NCBI GenBank assembly: GCA_016235585.1
Contig: JACRJY010000100.1
Coordinates: 2,693-66,692, forward strand
DNA from: Verrucomicrobiota bacterium
GTDB lineage: Bacteria; Verrucomicrobiota; Verrucomicrobiia; Limisphaerales; JACRJY01
Direction of reading: 5' to 3'
Length of the DNA stretch: 64,000 nt
Shown here one piece after another: positions 1 through 9,133 of the stretch. Each line of letters starts with the position of its first letter. The first letter of the stretch is position 1. The notes below the pieces were generated by a model that saw only the letters and a list, made by a program, of their open reading frames with translations, was not told the origin of the DNA and ran no database searches. The translations under genes and the position numbers were made by a program.

Positions 1-3000
1 CGGTTGCGAATTCATTTCCGAATCGAGGCGGTCCAGCGCGCGGGCCATCCACTTCCCCTGCTCCTGTGAAGTGCCATCGGAGGCCTGCTGGCCACCGGCG
101 GCGGAACGGTTGCCGGGCAGCTTCATCGCCGCGTCGAGCGCCTGCACCTGCTGCTCGACGGCGGTGCGCGCGGTGTCGAGCGCCGTCTGCGCCGCCGCGA
201 CGGTGGGCGCTTTTTCCAGCGCGCCCTGCGCTTCGGGAATCGTCTGGCCGCCGACCGTCTGCGTCTTCTGGCCGACGGCCTGGAGCGCGTTGCCCTGCTC
301 GGTGCCGAGGCGCATCTCGTGCCGGCCCGCGCGCTCGATGTCGCCACCGGCCTGCGAAACATTGCCGGCAATCGCCGGCTGCTGCGCGGCGGCCTGCGCG
401 CGCGCCTGCTGCGAAACCGGCGCGCCGGAGGAGCCGGTCGGCGGCTTCGAGTCCGACGAGGATTCCTGCTTGCCCGAGGAATTCCCCGGGGTGGGCGTCT
501 GGTTCGACGACGCGGTGGAGCCGGAGGAATTGTTCCCACCCTTGCCCATCCCGGCGAGCGCGGCGGCGATCTGCTCGGCCTGCTGGGCCATGCTGGCCGC
601 CTGCTGCGCGGCGGCTTCCGCGCGGGCCTTCGCGGTCTGTCCCGCGCCCTGGCCCGGGTTCGGCTTGGCACCGGGTTTGCCCGCGCCGCTTCCTTGGCCG
701 CTGGACTGTTGCTCGTCTGCGCCCTGGCCTTTGCCGGCCGGCTGCGAGTCGGAACCTTCGCCCTTGCCCTGCGGTGAAGATTTTTTTCCCGGCTGGCCCC
801 GGCCCTGGCCGCTCTCGTTTGATTTCGCGCCGGGCTTGCCGCCGCTGCCGTTCGGGTTTTCCGCCGGCGCGTTCGGCCCGCTCTGGCCCTTGGCGGACGG
901 CGGTGTTTCCGCGCCCTGCCCGGCGTTTTCCGCGGAAGGAGAATTCTTCCCGGACTTTCCAGATTTTCCCGCCTGCTCCGCCTGTCCCGCCTTCGCGGCG
1001 GCGGCGCTCACCCCTTGTCCCGCCTGCTGCAGCTTCGGCGTGAGCGCGGCCATCTGGCTGGCGAGCTGGGACGGCGGCGCGGAAAAATCCGCCGGCACTC
1101 CACTGGCGGCGGCCTTCATCGCTTCCTGGGCGCGCTGCAATTCCGCCTGCGCCTTCGCCCCGGCCTGCGCGGCCTGCTGGCCGAGGGCGGGGATCTCCTT
1201 GCGCGCCATCTCACCGGCCTGCTGCGCGAGCTGCCGCGCCTGTTTGGCAAGTTCCTGCACAGGAGTGGCCGGTTGCGGTTGCGCGGACGGTGCACCCGGC
1301 TTGGCGGGCGCGCTGCCGGAGAGAGCGTCGGCCAGTTCCTTCGCCTGCTGCGCCATTTGCGCGGCCTGTTCGGCGGCCTTGGTGGACTTCTCGTTGACGT
1401 TGGTGGCGGCGCGCTCGATGTCGCCGTCAACGGCTTCCTTGGACAGTTGCTCGCCCTTCTCGGCGGCGGCGCGGAATTCCTTGCTCGCCTCGCGCAGCGG
1501 CTCGACGAGGCCGGCCACTTCCTTGACCATTTCGTAGGGCGATTTCCGGCCCGCCGTCTGCGCCTTGGTGGCGACCTCGCGCGTGGCGCGCAGGGCGCGG
1601 CCAATCTCGCGCGACACGTCGAGCCGCGCCTTGGAGGCCTCGCGGCTGATCTCCGTCACGGTCTTGATGCCCAGCTCGCGGGCCTGCGCGGCAAGCTGCT
1701 TCGCCATCTCGACCAGATGCTCCGGCACGACGGAGGCCGACTGCCTGCCGGAATTTTCAGCAGGCGCGGGCGTTGCCGCCGCCGTCGCTGCGGCGGTCAA
1801 ATCATCGGCCAGACTTTTCGCCTGCTGTGCGAGTTCCCCGGCGCGTTCGGCGGCGCGTTCAGCGGAGGCCTGCGCCGTTTCCGCCGCCTGGACTTGTGAT
1901 TCCTCCGGCGCGGCGGACTTGATTTTCGCGGCCTTGAGCGCGGCGGACTTGAAACTGTTCGCCGCCGTTTGCAGCGGCTTCACGAGGTCGTTCACCTCGC
2001 GGGCGAGTTCGGGCGAAAGGGCGGTGAACTCGCCCGGCATTTTTTCCGCGACGGTTTGCAACGACTGCCGCGCCAGATCGGTTTCGGCGGTCGCGTTGGC
2101 GCGGGCGCGGGCGGCGTCCTCGGCGACGGCGGGCGTGTCCTTCTCCGCCATCTCCCGCGCGGCCTCGGCGATCTGCCGGGCGCGCTCGGCGGCGGCGGCA
2201 AGCTGGCCCTGTGTGTGCGCGTCGCTTTCGAGCGCGCGGGCGAGCTCCTGCTCGCGGCGTGCGGAATTTTGCAGCGTGTCCTTCGCCTGACCGAGCGTGT
2301 CCTTCGCGATGTTCTCCAGCTCCTGGCGCATCGCCGGGTTCTGCCCCAGTTCCTGCTCCAACTGTCGCAGCATCGCCTCGGGGCTTTGCTTCGCCAGCTC
2401 GTTCAGCTTCTCCGCGAGCGCGAACTGTTCGTCAAGCATGGCCTTGATGCCCAGCTCCTCCTCGGCGCGGCGCAGCGCCTGCCGCGAATCCGCCGCCGCA
2501 CCGGCTTCGAGATTCTTGTAGTGCTGCGCGAGCTGGTTCAACGCGCTGGCGAGCTTCTGCTGCTGCGCGGCGGCCTCGGTGAGCGCGGTGCGCTGGAGGA
2601 GATATTCGTTCGCCTGCGCCGCCTCGCGCAACGCGTCCTCGGCCCTGGGCGGCGGCTCGCGGAGCAGCGCGATGGCGTCATCGGCGTCGCGGACGCGCTC
2701 GCGGTTTTCCTCGCGGCCCAACTCCTGAATGTTGGCCTCGCGGCGGATGGCCTGCTGCAATTCGTCGAGCTGCTTGTTCAAATCCTGCTGCTTCGCGAGG
2801 ATGTCCTTCGCCTCTTCGGGCACCTTGGCAGCCTCCTTGTCGGGCTTCACCGCGTCGGAACTTTTCTTCTGCAAATCCTCCGAGGTGCGGGCGAGGCCGG
2901 CCATCATGTCGCTCAACTTGGGCGCGGACTTGCCGAGCACCTGCCGCGCGTCCGCCAGCAGCGGCTCCAGCTCGCGAAGGGCCAGCAGCAGGTCTTGATA

Positions 3001-6000
3001 AACTTTCTCGGCGGGAACGGGCACCGGCTGCGCCGCCGGGGCCGAGCCTTGTCGGCGGGTCATTTCCTGCGCGACGGTCTGCGCCGCCGGGCTGGGCGGC
3101 ACGGCGGCGACGAGTTCGCCGACGCGCGCGGGCAGGCCCGCCTTCTTCAAATCGCCCGGCACCGCTTTCATCCGCGCGCCCATCCAGTTCCAATCCTTCG
3201 GCTGGCTGGTGAGCGCGTCGCTGGACTGGTTTTCCCACTGCTCCTGCTGGGCAAGATGCTTCGCGCCGCGCGTCAGCTCGCCCAGGCCGCAGCCGGCCTC
3301 GATGGTGCGGAGCGCCTTTTCCATTTCGCGGACGGGTTCGAGCATCCGCGTCGAAACGGGCGTGCCCGCGACGGCGCGCAGCGCGCTCAATGACTGCGCC
3401 GCCTTGCCGAGGTCGGCGACGAACTGCAGCTCGGTGTCGCGCCGCACTTCTTCGGCCTCGGCGCGATCCTTGATCTGCTCGACCGCGCCGCGCCAGTTCG
3501 CGGCGGCATTTTCCTGCGCGGTCTTGAGCTGCGCCTCGCTGCGCGCCTGCGACTGCGCGTTGCGCTTGCCCGGCCCGGAGAGCTGGCGCTCCGCCGCCGC
3601 GATTTCGCCGAGGTTGCGGCTCACGCGCTCCAGCAGCACGGTCGAGGCGGGCGCGAGCTTGGCCAGCGTGTCGCGGGCCTTGTCCGCGCGGACGCCCAGC
3701 TCGCGGTTGAGCGGCCTCATGTCCACCGCCGCCAGCTCGGTGCTCTTCTGCATCCGCGTGGCGCGGTCGAGCAGCTCCAGCGTGAAGGTCTCGGCGGCGA
3801 GGGTCTTTTCCATTTCCTCGCGGTTCCGGCTCAAGTTGTCGTAAGGCTTGGCCGTGCGGTCGGCCAGCGCGCGGGGCGCGCGCGCCTTCAAGTCCTTGAG
3901 CAACTCCTCGACGACGCGCGTCTCCTGCGCCGCGCCGCCTTGCCGGCGGGCGAGCCGCGGCCACGCGTTGGGATTTTCCCGCGCCTCGGCGGCGGCCTGG
4001 CGGTTCATGCGATCCTGCTCGCGCGCGAGTTGGGCGAGGTTCTCCACAATCACGTCGCCTTCCTCCGCCGCGAACAAATCCGCGTAGGCCAGTTCCAGCG
4101 CTGCGATGAGGTCGGCCAACGCCTGCGGGGCGCGGACGGCCTGGCGCACATTCGGCGCGGAGAGGTTTCCGCTGATTTCCTTGAGGGCCGTCTCCAGTTG
4201 CGCCCGGTCTTCCGCAATGACGCCGCGCCGCGCCCGGCTCAACGCCATGCCCAGCCGCGCCAGGTCGGCGGATTCGCGCCCGGGGCGCGCGTGCGGCAGG
4301 GCTTCCTTGAGCTTCTCCCAGCATTTGTTCAACGCCTGCTCCATGTCGCCCAGCCCGGTGAGCGCGCCGAGGAGGAGTTGCTTCGCCTGTAATTCATTTC
4401 CCTTGAGGGCGCGGTTCGACAAGTCGGCTGCCTTGGCCTTTTGCGCGGTGTTGCGCGCGGCGGCCAGCGACTCGTGCAAAGCCCGCTTGGCCTCCAGCGC
4501 GAGCAGCCGCTTCGCGTTCAACCCCGACGTGCCGATGACGAGGTGCAGCGGCGCGGACTCGGCGCGGCTGCCCTTGAGGTCAATGGCGACGAGCTTCGTC
4601 GTCACGCGGTCGCCGGGCGTGGCCTTGAGCTGGAGCAAATCCCACGCGCGCGTGACGACGAGGTTGGTTTTGTTTTCCTCCGAGAGCGTGAAGTCGCCGA
4701 ACGGTTCCTCGTTCACGAGCACCGACTGAAACACGCGCGCCAGCCCGATGTCATCACCGGCGGTGCCTTGCAGCATGAGCACCTCCTCCGGCGCGACGAC
4801 CAAGTCCTGCCTCGGCTGGTCAATCGTGACGCGCGGCACGAGGTCGGGGATGGGCCGCAGCTCGTATTGCGGGCTGAACTTGTTTTCAAACGCCGTCTCC
4901 GCCGCGACGAGATGCACGCGGTAGGCGCCCGCGAACTTCAGCGGCACCACGCCCTCGGCGCGGTTCGTGGAGACGGTGAGCGCGAGGAAGTTGGTCTTCC
5001 CCTTGATTTCCATTTCGAGCGACGCGCGCTGGAGCGGCTGGTTGGCGGCGAAGGAAAGTTTCACCTCGCTGCCTTCGAGCGCGATGAGGTCGCCGTGATC
5101 CTCGACGGCGCGGCGCGGCGCGAGGCGCGAATAGGCGGGGAACTGATACGTCTTCTCGAACTTCACCACGCCGGGGCGCGGGCGCGTCTCGACGCTGAAC
5201 TTGCGCGTCATGCCGTCGCCGGCGCGCACGCGGAACTGGAGATTGTCCGCGCCGAGCGGCACGCCGGCGGAGAAGCGCCGTCCGCCAAGCGGGTTCATCG
5301 TGAGGCGCGCGCGCTCGCCGGTTTTGGAAAATGTTTCGAGTGTGACCTTGCGCGGTTCGGGGCCGGAGATTTCCACGACGACGGTCATCGTGTCGCCCTG
5401 CGGTTGCCAGCGGTCGGCGGCGGTGGGTTCCAGCACGGCGATCTTCACGCGCGAAACCCGCTCCACGTCCGCCAGCGGCGCGAAGGCCCGCGCCATCAAC
5501 CGGTCGTAGTGAAAACCCGGCACGAGCAGGAGCGCGCCGCACACCACGAGCACCGCCGCCGCCGCGCGCAGCCAGAACGCGATCAACTGGCGCGGCAGGA
5601 GCGATTCGATGCGGAGATTCCGCAGGCGGCTGGCGACGTTCTCCTGCAGCAGCGCGCGGAACACCGGCGAATCCCATTGTGCGGCGGCGGAGAGCTTGCC
5701 GAGTTCCACGGCGGAGAGCAGGTCTTCGCGGAGTTGCGGCTCGGCTTTTTCCACGAGGCGGGCCAGTTCGCGCGGGCCGGGCAGATGCAGCAGCGCGCGG
5801 CCACTCGTCCACCAGAACACCGCGAGCGTGACGGCATAACAGACACCGCTCAACGCCAGCCGCAGCCCGTCCGGCATCAGGACGAGGAAGTCCGCGACGG
5901 CCACGAGCGTCATGCCCGCGAGCAGCGTGAAGAGGCTGCCCGCCACACCGCGCGCGAGCACGAGCCGCCGCCACCGGCGGCCAAAGGCCTCCAGTTTTTG

Positions 6001-6030
6001 CGCGATCAGCGGGTCGAGCGATGCGGGCAT
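1..6030 (-). CDS. Very large (>2000 aa) membrane-anchored helical/coiled-coil protein, DUF4175-like; runs off the left edge
   Basis: ATG at 6030 (MPASLDPLIAQKLEAFGRRWRRLVLARG...). Frame appears open to base 1, so it is absent from the ORF track. N-terminal hydrophobic segments, 'LREDLLSAVEL', 'FPAYSRL..LIALEGSEV', 'DLVPRVTI..AGDDIGL', then Ala/Gln/Glu-rich helices and a Gly/Ser/Gln/Lys low-complexity tract. Confidence 0.85.
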   Translation of the reverse strand, partial: MPASLDPLIAQKLEAFGRRWRRLVLARGVAGSLFTLLAGMTLVAVADFLVLMPDGLRLALSGVCYAVTLAVFWWTSGRALLHLPGPRELARLVEKAEPQLREDLLSAVELGKLSAAAQWDSPVFRALLQENVASRLRNLRIESLLPRQLIAFWLRAAAAVLVVCGALLLVPGFHYDRLMARAFAPLADVERVSRVKIAVLEPTAADRWQPQGDTMTVVVEISGPEPRKVTLETFSKTGERARLTMNPLGGRRFSAGVPLGADNLQFRVRAGDGMTRKFSVETRPRPGVVKFEKTYQFPAYSRLAPRRAVEDHGDLIALEGSEVKLSFAANQPLQRASLEMEIKGKTNFLALTVSTNRAEGVVPLKFAGAYRVHLVAAETAFENKFSPQYELRPIPDLVPRVTIDQPRQDLVVAPEEVLMLQGTAGDDIGLARVFQSVLVNEEPFGDFTLSEENKTNLVVTRAWDLLQLKATPGDRVTTKLVAIDLKGSRAESAPLHLVIGTSGLNAKRLLALEAKRALHESLAAARNTAQKAKAADLSNRALKGNELQAKQLLLGALTGLGDMEQALNKCWEKLKEALPHARPGRESADLARLGMALSRARRGVIAEDRAQLETALKEISGNLSAPNVRQAVRAPQALADLIAALELAYADLFAAEEGDVIVENLAQLAREQDRMNRQAAAEARENPNAWPRLARRQGGAAQETRVVEELLKDLKARAPRALADRTAKPYDNLSRNREEMEKTLAAETFTLELLDRATRMQKSTELAAVDMRPLNRELGVRADKARDTLAKLAPASTVLLERVSRNLGEIAAAERQLSGPGKRNAQSQARSEAQLKTAQENAAANWRGAVEQIKDRAEAEEVRRDTELQFVADLGKAAQSLSALRAVAGTPVSTRMLEPVREMEKALRTIEAGCGLGELTRGAKHLAQQEQWENQSSDALTSQPKDWNWMGARMKAVPGDLKKAGLPARVGELVAAVPPSPAAQTVAQEMTRRQGSAPAAQPVPVPAEKVYQDLLLALRELEPLLADARQVLGKSAPKLSDMMAGLARTSEDLQKKSSDAVKPDKEAAKVPEEAKDILAKQQDLNKQLDELQQAIRREANIQELGREENRERVRDADDAIALLREPPPRAEDALREAAQANEYLLQRTALTEAAAQQQKLASALNQLAQHYKNLEAGAAADSRQALRRAEEELGIKAMLDEQFALAEKLNELAKQSPEAMLRQLEQELGQNPAMRQELENIAKDTLGQAKDTLQNSARREQELARALESDAHTQGQLAAAAERARQIAEAAREMAEKDTPAVAEDAARARANATAETDLARQSLQTVAEKMPGEFTALSPELAREVNDLVKPLQTAANSFKSAALKAAKIKSAAPEESQVQAAETAQASAERAAERAGELAQQAKSLADDLTAAATAAATPAPAENSGRQSASVVPEHLVEMAKQLAAQARELGIKTVTEISREASKARLDVSREIGRALRATREVATKAQTAGRKSPYEMVKEVAGLVEPLREASKEFRAAAEKGEQLSKEAVDGDIERAATNVNEKSTKAAEQAAQMAQQAKELADALSGSAPAKPGAPSAQPQPATPVQELAKQARQLAQQAGEMARKEIPALGQQAAQAGAKAQAELQRAQEAMKAAASGVPADFSAPPSQLASQMAALTPKLQQAGQGVSAAAAKAGQAEQAGKSGKSGKNSPSAENAGQGAETPPSAKGQSGPNAPAENPNGSGGKPGAKSNESGQGRGQPGKKSSPQGKGEGSDSQPAGKGQGADEQQSSGQGSGAGKPGAKPNPGQGAGQTAKARAEAAAQQAASMAQQAEQIAAALAGMGKGGNNSSGSTASSNQTPTPGNSSGKQESSSDSKPPTGSSGAPVSQQARAQAAAQQPAIAGNVSQAGGDIERAGRHEMRLGTEQGNALQAVGQKTQTVGGQTIPEAQGALEKAPTVAAAQTALDTARTAVEQQVQALDAAMKLPGNRSAAGGQQASDGTSQEQGKWMARALDRLDSEMNSQP

Positions 6031-6107
6031 TGAAGTGACAGCGGGAATTTAGACCAAAACCGCGCCTTGGCGATTCAGAAATGGCGGCGGGGATTACAGG
6101 AAACCCC

Positions 6108-6500
6108 TCACTCCGCCGGCACGACCATCTTGAACGGCGGGATGCGGGTGAGGACTTTGCGGTTCTGCGCGTCCACGCCGAGGTAGCTGCCTTCGGCGAT
6201 GGCCCAGCCGGAGTCGAGGATGTGCCGGCTGTTGTAGCTGAATTTTTCGCCCGGCGCGATGGTGGGAAATTCGCCGACCACGCCGTCGCCCTCGACGGCG
6301 GTGATTTCGCCCCGGTCGTTTTTCACCACCCACTTGCGGCCCTTGATGGTCACGGGGCCATCGGTGTCGTTGTGGATGGAGATGAAATAGACGAACGAGT
6401 GCGGACGATCCGGCGGCGCGGGCAGGTGCGGCGCGTGAACCACGCGGTCCACGGTCACGCGCAGGCCGGGAGGCTCGATGATTTCGGAGGGGTTGCTCAC
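6108..6500 (-). CDS. apaG: ApaG-domain protein
   Basis: 'FVYFISIHN...VTIKGRKWVV...VEGDGVVGEFPTIAPGEKFSYNS...AEGSY'. Likely GTG start at 6500; the longer track ORF runs through a palindrome. Confidence 0.85.
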   Translation of the reverse strand: MSNPSEIIEPPGLRVTVDRVVHAPHLPAPPDRPHSFVYFISIHNDTDGPVTIKGRKWVVKNDRGEITAVEGDGVVGEFPTIAPGEKFSYNSRHILDSGWAIAEGSYLGVDAQNRKVLTRIPPFKMVVPAE

Positions 6501-6526
6501 ACGGCTGCGGGCGAATTGCTTGGTTA

Positions 6527-6577
6527 CATTCCGCCGGGCGGGTCGCCCGGCGGCACAGGCCAGTGGCCTGTGCCACC
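6527..6577. repeat. REP-like double palindrome between ilvB and apaG
   Basis: CCGCCGGGCGGGTCGCCCGGCGG overlapping GGCACAGGCCAGTGGCCTGTGCC. Confidence 0.7.
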
Positions 6578-6585
6578 AAGGCAAA

Positions 6586-8511
6586 TTACTTCTCCACCTT
6601 CCAGATCATGTCGGCCACGGTGCGGTTGGCCGGGATGAACGGCAGCACGTGCTCGGCATACGGCGTCACCACGTCGAGGACGTAGGGCGTTTTGGCGTCG
6701 AGCATCCGCTGGAGCGCGGCGCGCAGGTCGCGGCGGAACATCACGCGCTCGGCGGGGACGTTGAAGCTGTTGGCGACGCGCACGTAGTCGGGATAAATCT
6801 GGCTGCGGTCGTCGGGGTTGCCGAGGTAGGTGTGGCCGCGGTTGCCGGCGTAGAAGTTGTCCTCCCATTGCACGACCATGCCGAGGTGCTGGTTGTTGAG
6901 GATGATCGCCTTGGCGGCGATTTTCTCGACGTGCGCGGTGGCCAGCTCCTGGATGTTCATGAGGAACGAGCCGTCGCCGTCAATGTCAATGACCTGCTTG
7001 TCCGGGTGCGCGACCTTGATGCCGAGCGCCGAGGGATAGCCGAAGCCCATCGAGCCGAGGCCGGCGCTGGTGATGAACTGGCGCGGGAACTTGTATTTAT
7101 ACCACTGCGCCGACCACATCTGGTGCTGGCCCACGCCGGTGGTGATGTAGGCCTCGCCCTTCGTCATCTCCCACAACATTTCGATGACCATCTGCGGCAG
7201 GATGACCTGATCCTCCTGGCCCTTCATGTGATCCTTCATGTGGTCGGAATTGGAAATCTCCTGCGTGACGGCGTATTGGAACGGCGCTTTCTTCTTCCAC
7301 TCGGCAATCTGTGCGTGCCACGCGGTGAATTTCTTCGTGATGGGCCGCTTGGCGATGAGGGCGTTGAGGCGCGTGAGTGCGTCCTTCAAGTCGCCGACGA
7401 TGGGCAGGTGGGCGCGCTTGTTCTTGTTGATCTCCGACGCGTCAATGTCGAGGTGAACGATGGTGCCGTGCTTGCAGAATTCCTCGAACTTGCCCGTCAC
7501 GCGATCGTCGAAGCGCACGCCGAACGCGAGCAGCAAGTCCGCGCCGTCCTTCATTTTCACCATCGGGTCGGCGGGGTTTTTGCGCTGCTGGTATTCGCCG
7601 TTGACGGCCCAGTTGGCGTAGGCCGCGCCGTGCATGCCGAGCCAGCGCAGCGAGAGCGGATGCGTCTCCTCGAACGCGCCGATGCCCATGATGGTCGTGG
7701 TGACGGGAATCTGCGCGGCCTGCGCGAACTTCCGCAGTTCCGCGCTCGCGTCGCCGGTGATGATGCCGCCGCCGCAGTAGAACACCGGGCGCTCGGACTT
7801 CTCGATGAGGCCGATGATTTCGTTCAACGCCAAGTCGTCCGCCTTCAAGTCGGGCTGGTTGTAGCCGGGCAAACCCTTCTTCACCTCGTCCAGCGTGGGC
7901 CAGACGGGCTGGGCTTTTTGCTGCTGAATGTTCTTCGGCAGATCAATCACCACCGGGCCGGGCCGACCGGACTGCGCGATGTAAAAGGCTTCCTTGACGA
8001 TGCGCGGGATGTCGTTGATGTCCGTGACGAGGTAGCTGTGCTTCACGATGGGCAGCGTCAGGCCGATCATGTCCGTCTCTTGAAACGCGCCGCGGCCGAT
8101 CATCACCTGTGGCACCTGGCCGGTGATGGCGACGAGCGGGCAGGAATCCATGTAGGCGTCCGCGATGGCGGTGACGAGGTTCGTTGCGCCGGGGCCGCTG
8201 GTGCCCATGCAGACGCCGGCCTTGCCGGTGGAACGGGCGTAGCCCTCGGCGGCGAAGCTGCCGCCCTGCTCGTGGCGCGGGAGAATGGTGCGAATCTTCG
8301 TCGAGTGAGTGAGCGACTGGTGAATCTCCATGCTCGCGCCGCCGGGATAGGCGAAGATGACCTCGACGCCCTCGCGTTCGAGCGCCTCGACGAGGATGTC
8401 GCGGCCCCACATGGCCTGGCCGACCTCGGCGCGGGCGGGCGCTGGTTGTCCACGCTTCAGCGTGGCGGCGGGCGTCTCTTTTTTCACGGACTTCGCAGTG
8501 GTCTTGCTCAT
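6586..8511 (-). CDS. ilvB: Acetolactate synthase large subunit
   Basis: 'FAYPGGA', 'RHEQG', 'TSGPGATN', 'TGVGQHQMW', 'GLGSMGFG', ThDP motif 'GDGSFLMNIQEL...LNNQHLGMVVQWE'. Start MSKTTAK at 8511. Confidence 0.95.
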   Translation of the reverse strand: MSKTTAKSVKKETPAATLKRGQPAPARAEVGQAMWGRDILVEALEREGVEVIFAYPGGASMEIHQSLTHSTKIRTILPRHEQGGSFAAEGYARSTGKAGVCMGTSGPGATNLVTAIADAYMDSCPLVAITGQVPQVMIGRGAFQETDMIGLTLPIVKHSYLVTDINDIPRIVKEAFYIAQSGRPGPVVIDLPKNIQQQKAQPVWPTLDEVKKGLPGYNQPDLKADDLALNEIIGLIEKSERPVFYCGGGIITGDASAELRKFAQAAQIPVTTTIMGIGAFEETHPLSLRWLGMHGAAYANWAVNGEYQQRKNPADPMVKMKDGADLLLAFGVRFDDRVTGKFEEFCKHGTIVHLDIDASEINKNKRAHLPIVGDLKDALTRLNALIAKRPITKKFTAWHAQIAEWKKKAPFQYAVTQEISNSDHMKDHMKGQEDQVILPQMVIEMLWEMTKGEAYITTGVGQHQMWSAQWYKYKFPRQFITSAGLGSMGFGYPSALGIKVAHPDKQVIDIDGDGSFLMNIQELATAHVEKIAAKAIILNNQHLGMVVQWEDNFYAGNRGHTYLGNPDDRSQIYPDYVRVANSFNVPAERVMFRRDLRAALQRMLDAKTPYVLDVVTPYAEHVLPFIPANRTVADMIWKVEK

Positions 8512-8546
8512 GGTTTTGCTTGGTTTGGCCGGCGGCGGGCCGGGGC

Positions 8547-8582
8547 AAACAAAAAACCCACGACCGCTGCCAGCCGTGGGTT
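8547..8582 (-). terminator. Attenuator terminator in the ilvB leader
   Basis: Minus strand CCCACGGCTG-GCAG-CGGTCGTGGG-TTTTTTGTTT: 10-bp stem with two G-U pairs, then a U tract, about 40 nt before the ilvB start. Confidence 0.85.
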
Positions 8583-8599
8583 GTTGTCGAAATCTGCGT

Positions 8600-8677
8600 T
8601 CAGGCCCGACAAGCACCAGCGGCGTCGCCGACTACGACGACGACCAGCGGGACGACTTGCAGGGCCAGTTGTTTCAT
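8600..8677 (-). CDS. ilv leader peptide (25 aa, MKQLALQVVPLVVVVVGDAAGACRA)
   Basis: ATG 8677 to TGA 8600; 7 Val and 3 Leu codons; directly upstream of the terminator and ilvB. Confidence 0.85.
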   Translation of the reverse strand: MKQLALQVVPLVVVVVGDAAGACRA

Positions 8678-8730
8678 TGCGGCAGAAGGTAAATGGCCCG
8701 CCACACTCCGGTCAAGCGTGGATTTTGGCC

Positions 8731-9114
8731 TCACAGCCGTTCCCGCCCTGCGTAGCCGGAGTCGAGGTCGTGCCAGAACTCGATCTTGTCCTCGCCGGTT
8801 TCCCAGCAGAGGAAGACTTCGTTGCCGCCGATGAGCGCGGGGAAATCCACGAGGCCGCGTTCGAGATCCTTGATCTGAATTTCGCGCTGCTGGAACTCGC
8901 GGAACACGTCGCGGATGTCCGCCATCGCGCGCGTCCAGCGGTCCACGAGGCCGCCGCCGGCGTCCGCACCCTCGGCCATCGTGCGTCCGATGTGCGTGTC
9001 GAGCCGCCCGACCTCGGTGCGGAGGCGGTGAAGCTGTTCGATCCAGAGGCGGATGCGTGGCAGGAGCGCCTCCGCCTCTTCCACGGTGTAATGTTTGCCA
9101 AAACGGTGCGCCAT
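8731..9114 (-). CDS. DUF2203 family protein
   Basis: 'YTVEEAEALLP', 'IKDLERGLVDFPA..EVFLCWETGEDKIEFWHDLDSGYAGRERL'. Confidence 0.85.
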   Translation of the reverse strand: MAHRFGKHYTVEEAEALLPRIRLWIEQLHRLRTEVGRLDTHIGRTMAEGADAGGGLVDRWTRAMADIRDVFREFQQREIQIKDLERGLVDFPALIGGNEVFLCWETGEDKIEFWHDLDSGYAGRERL

Positions 9115-9133
9115 GCGGTGTGCGGGAGTGAAC

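Noticed and set aside
66-6033. Many long + strand ORFs (71-1537, 1969-3393, 4441-6033 etc.)
   Set aside because: Antisense or off-frame shadows of the giant minus-strand gene in GC-rich DNA; no motifs.
7221-7244. 12-bp tandem duplication in ilvB (DHMK-DHMK)
   Set aside because: Real but a minor in-frame loop duplication with no evidence of function.
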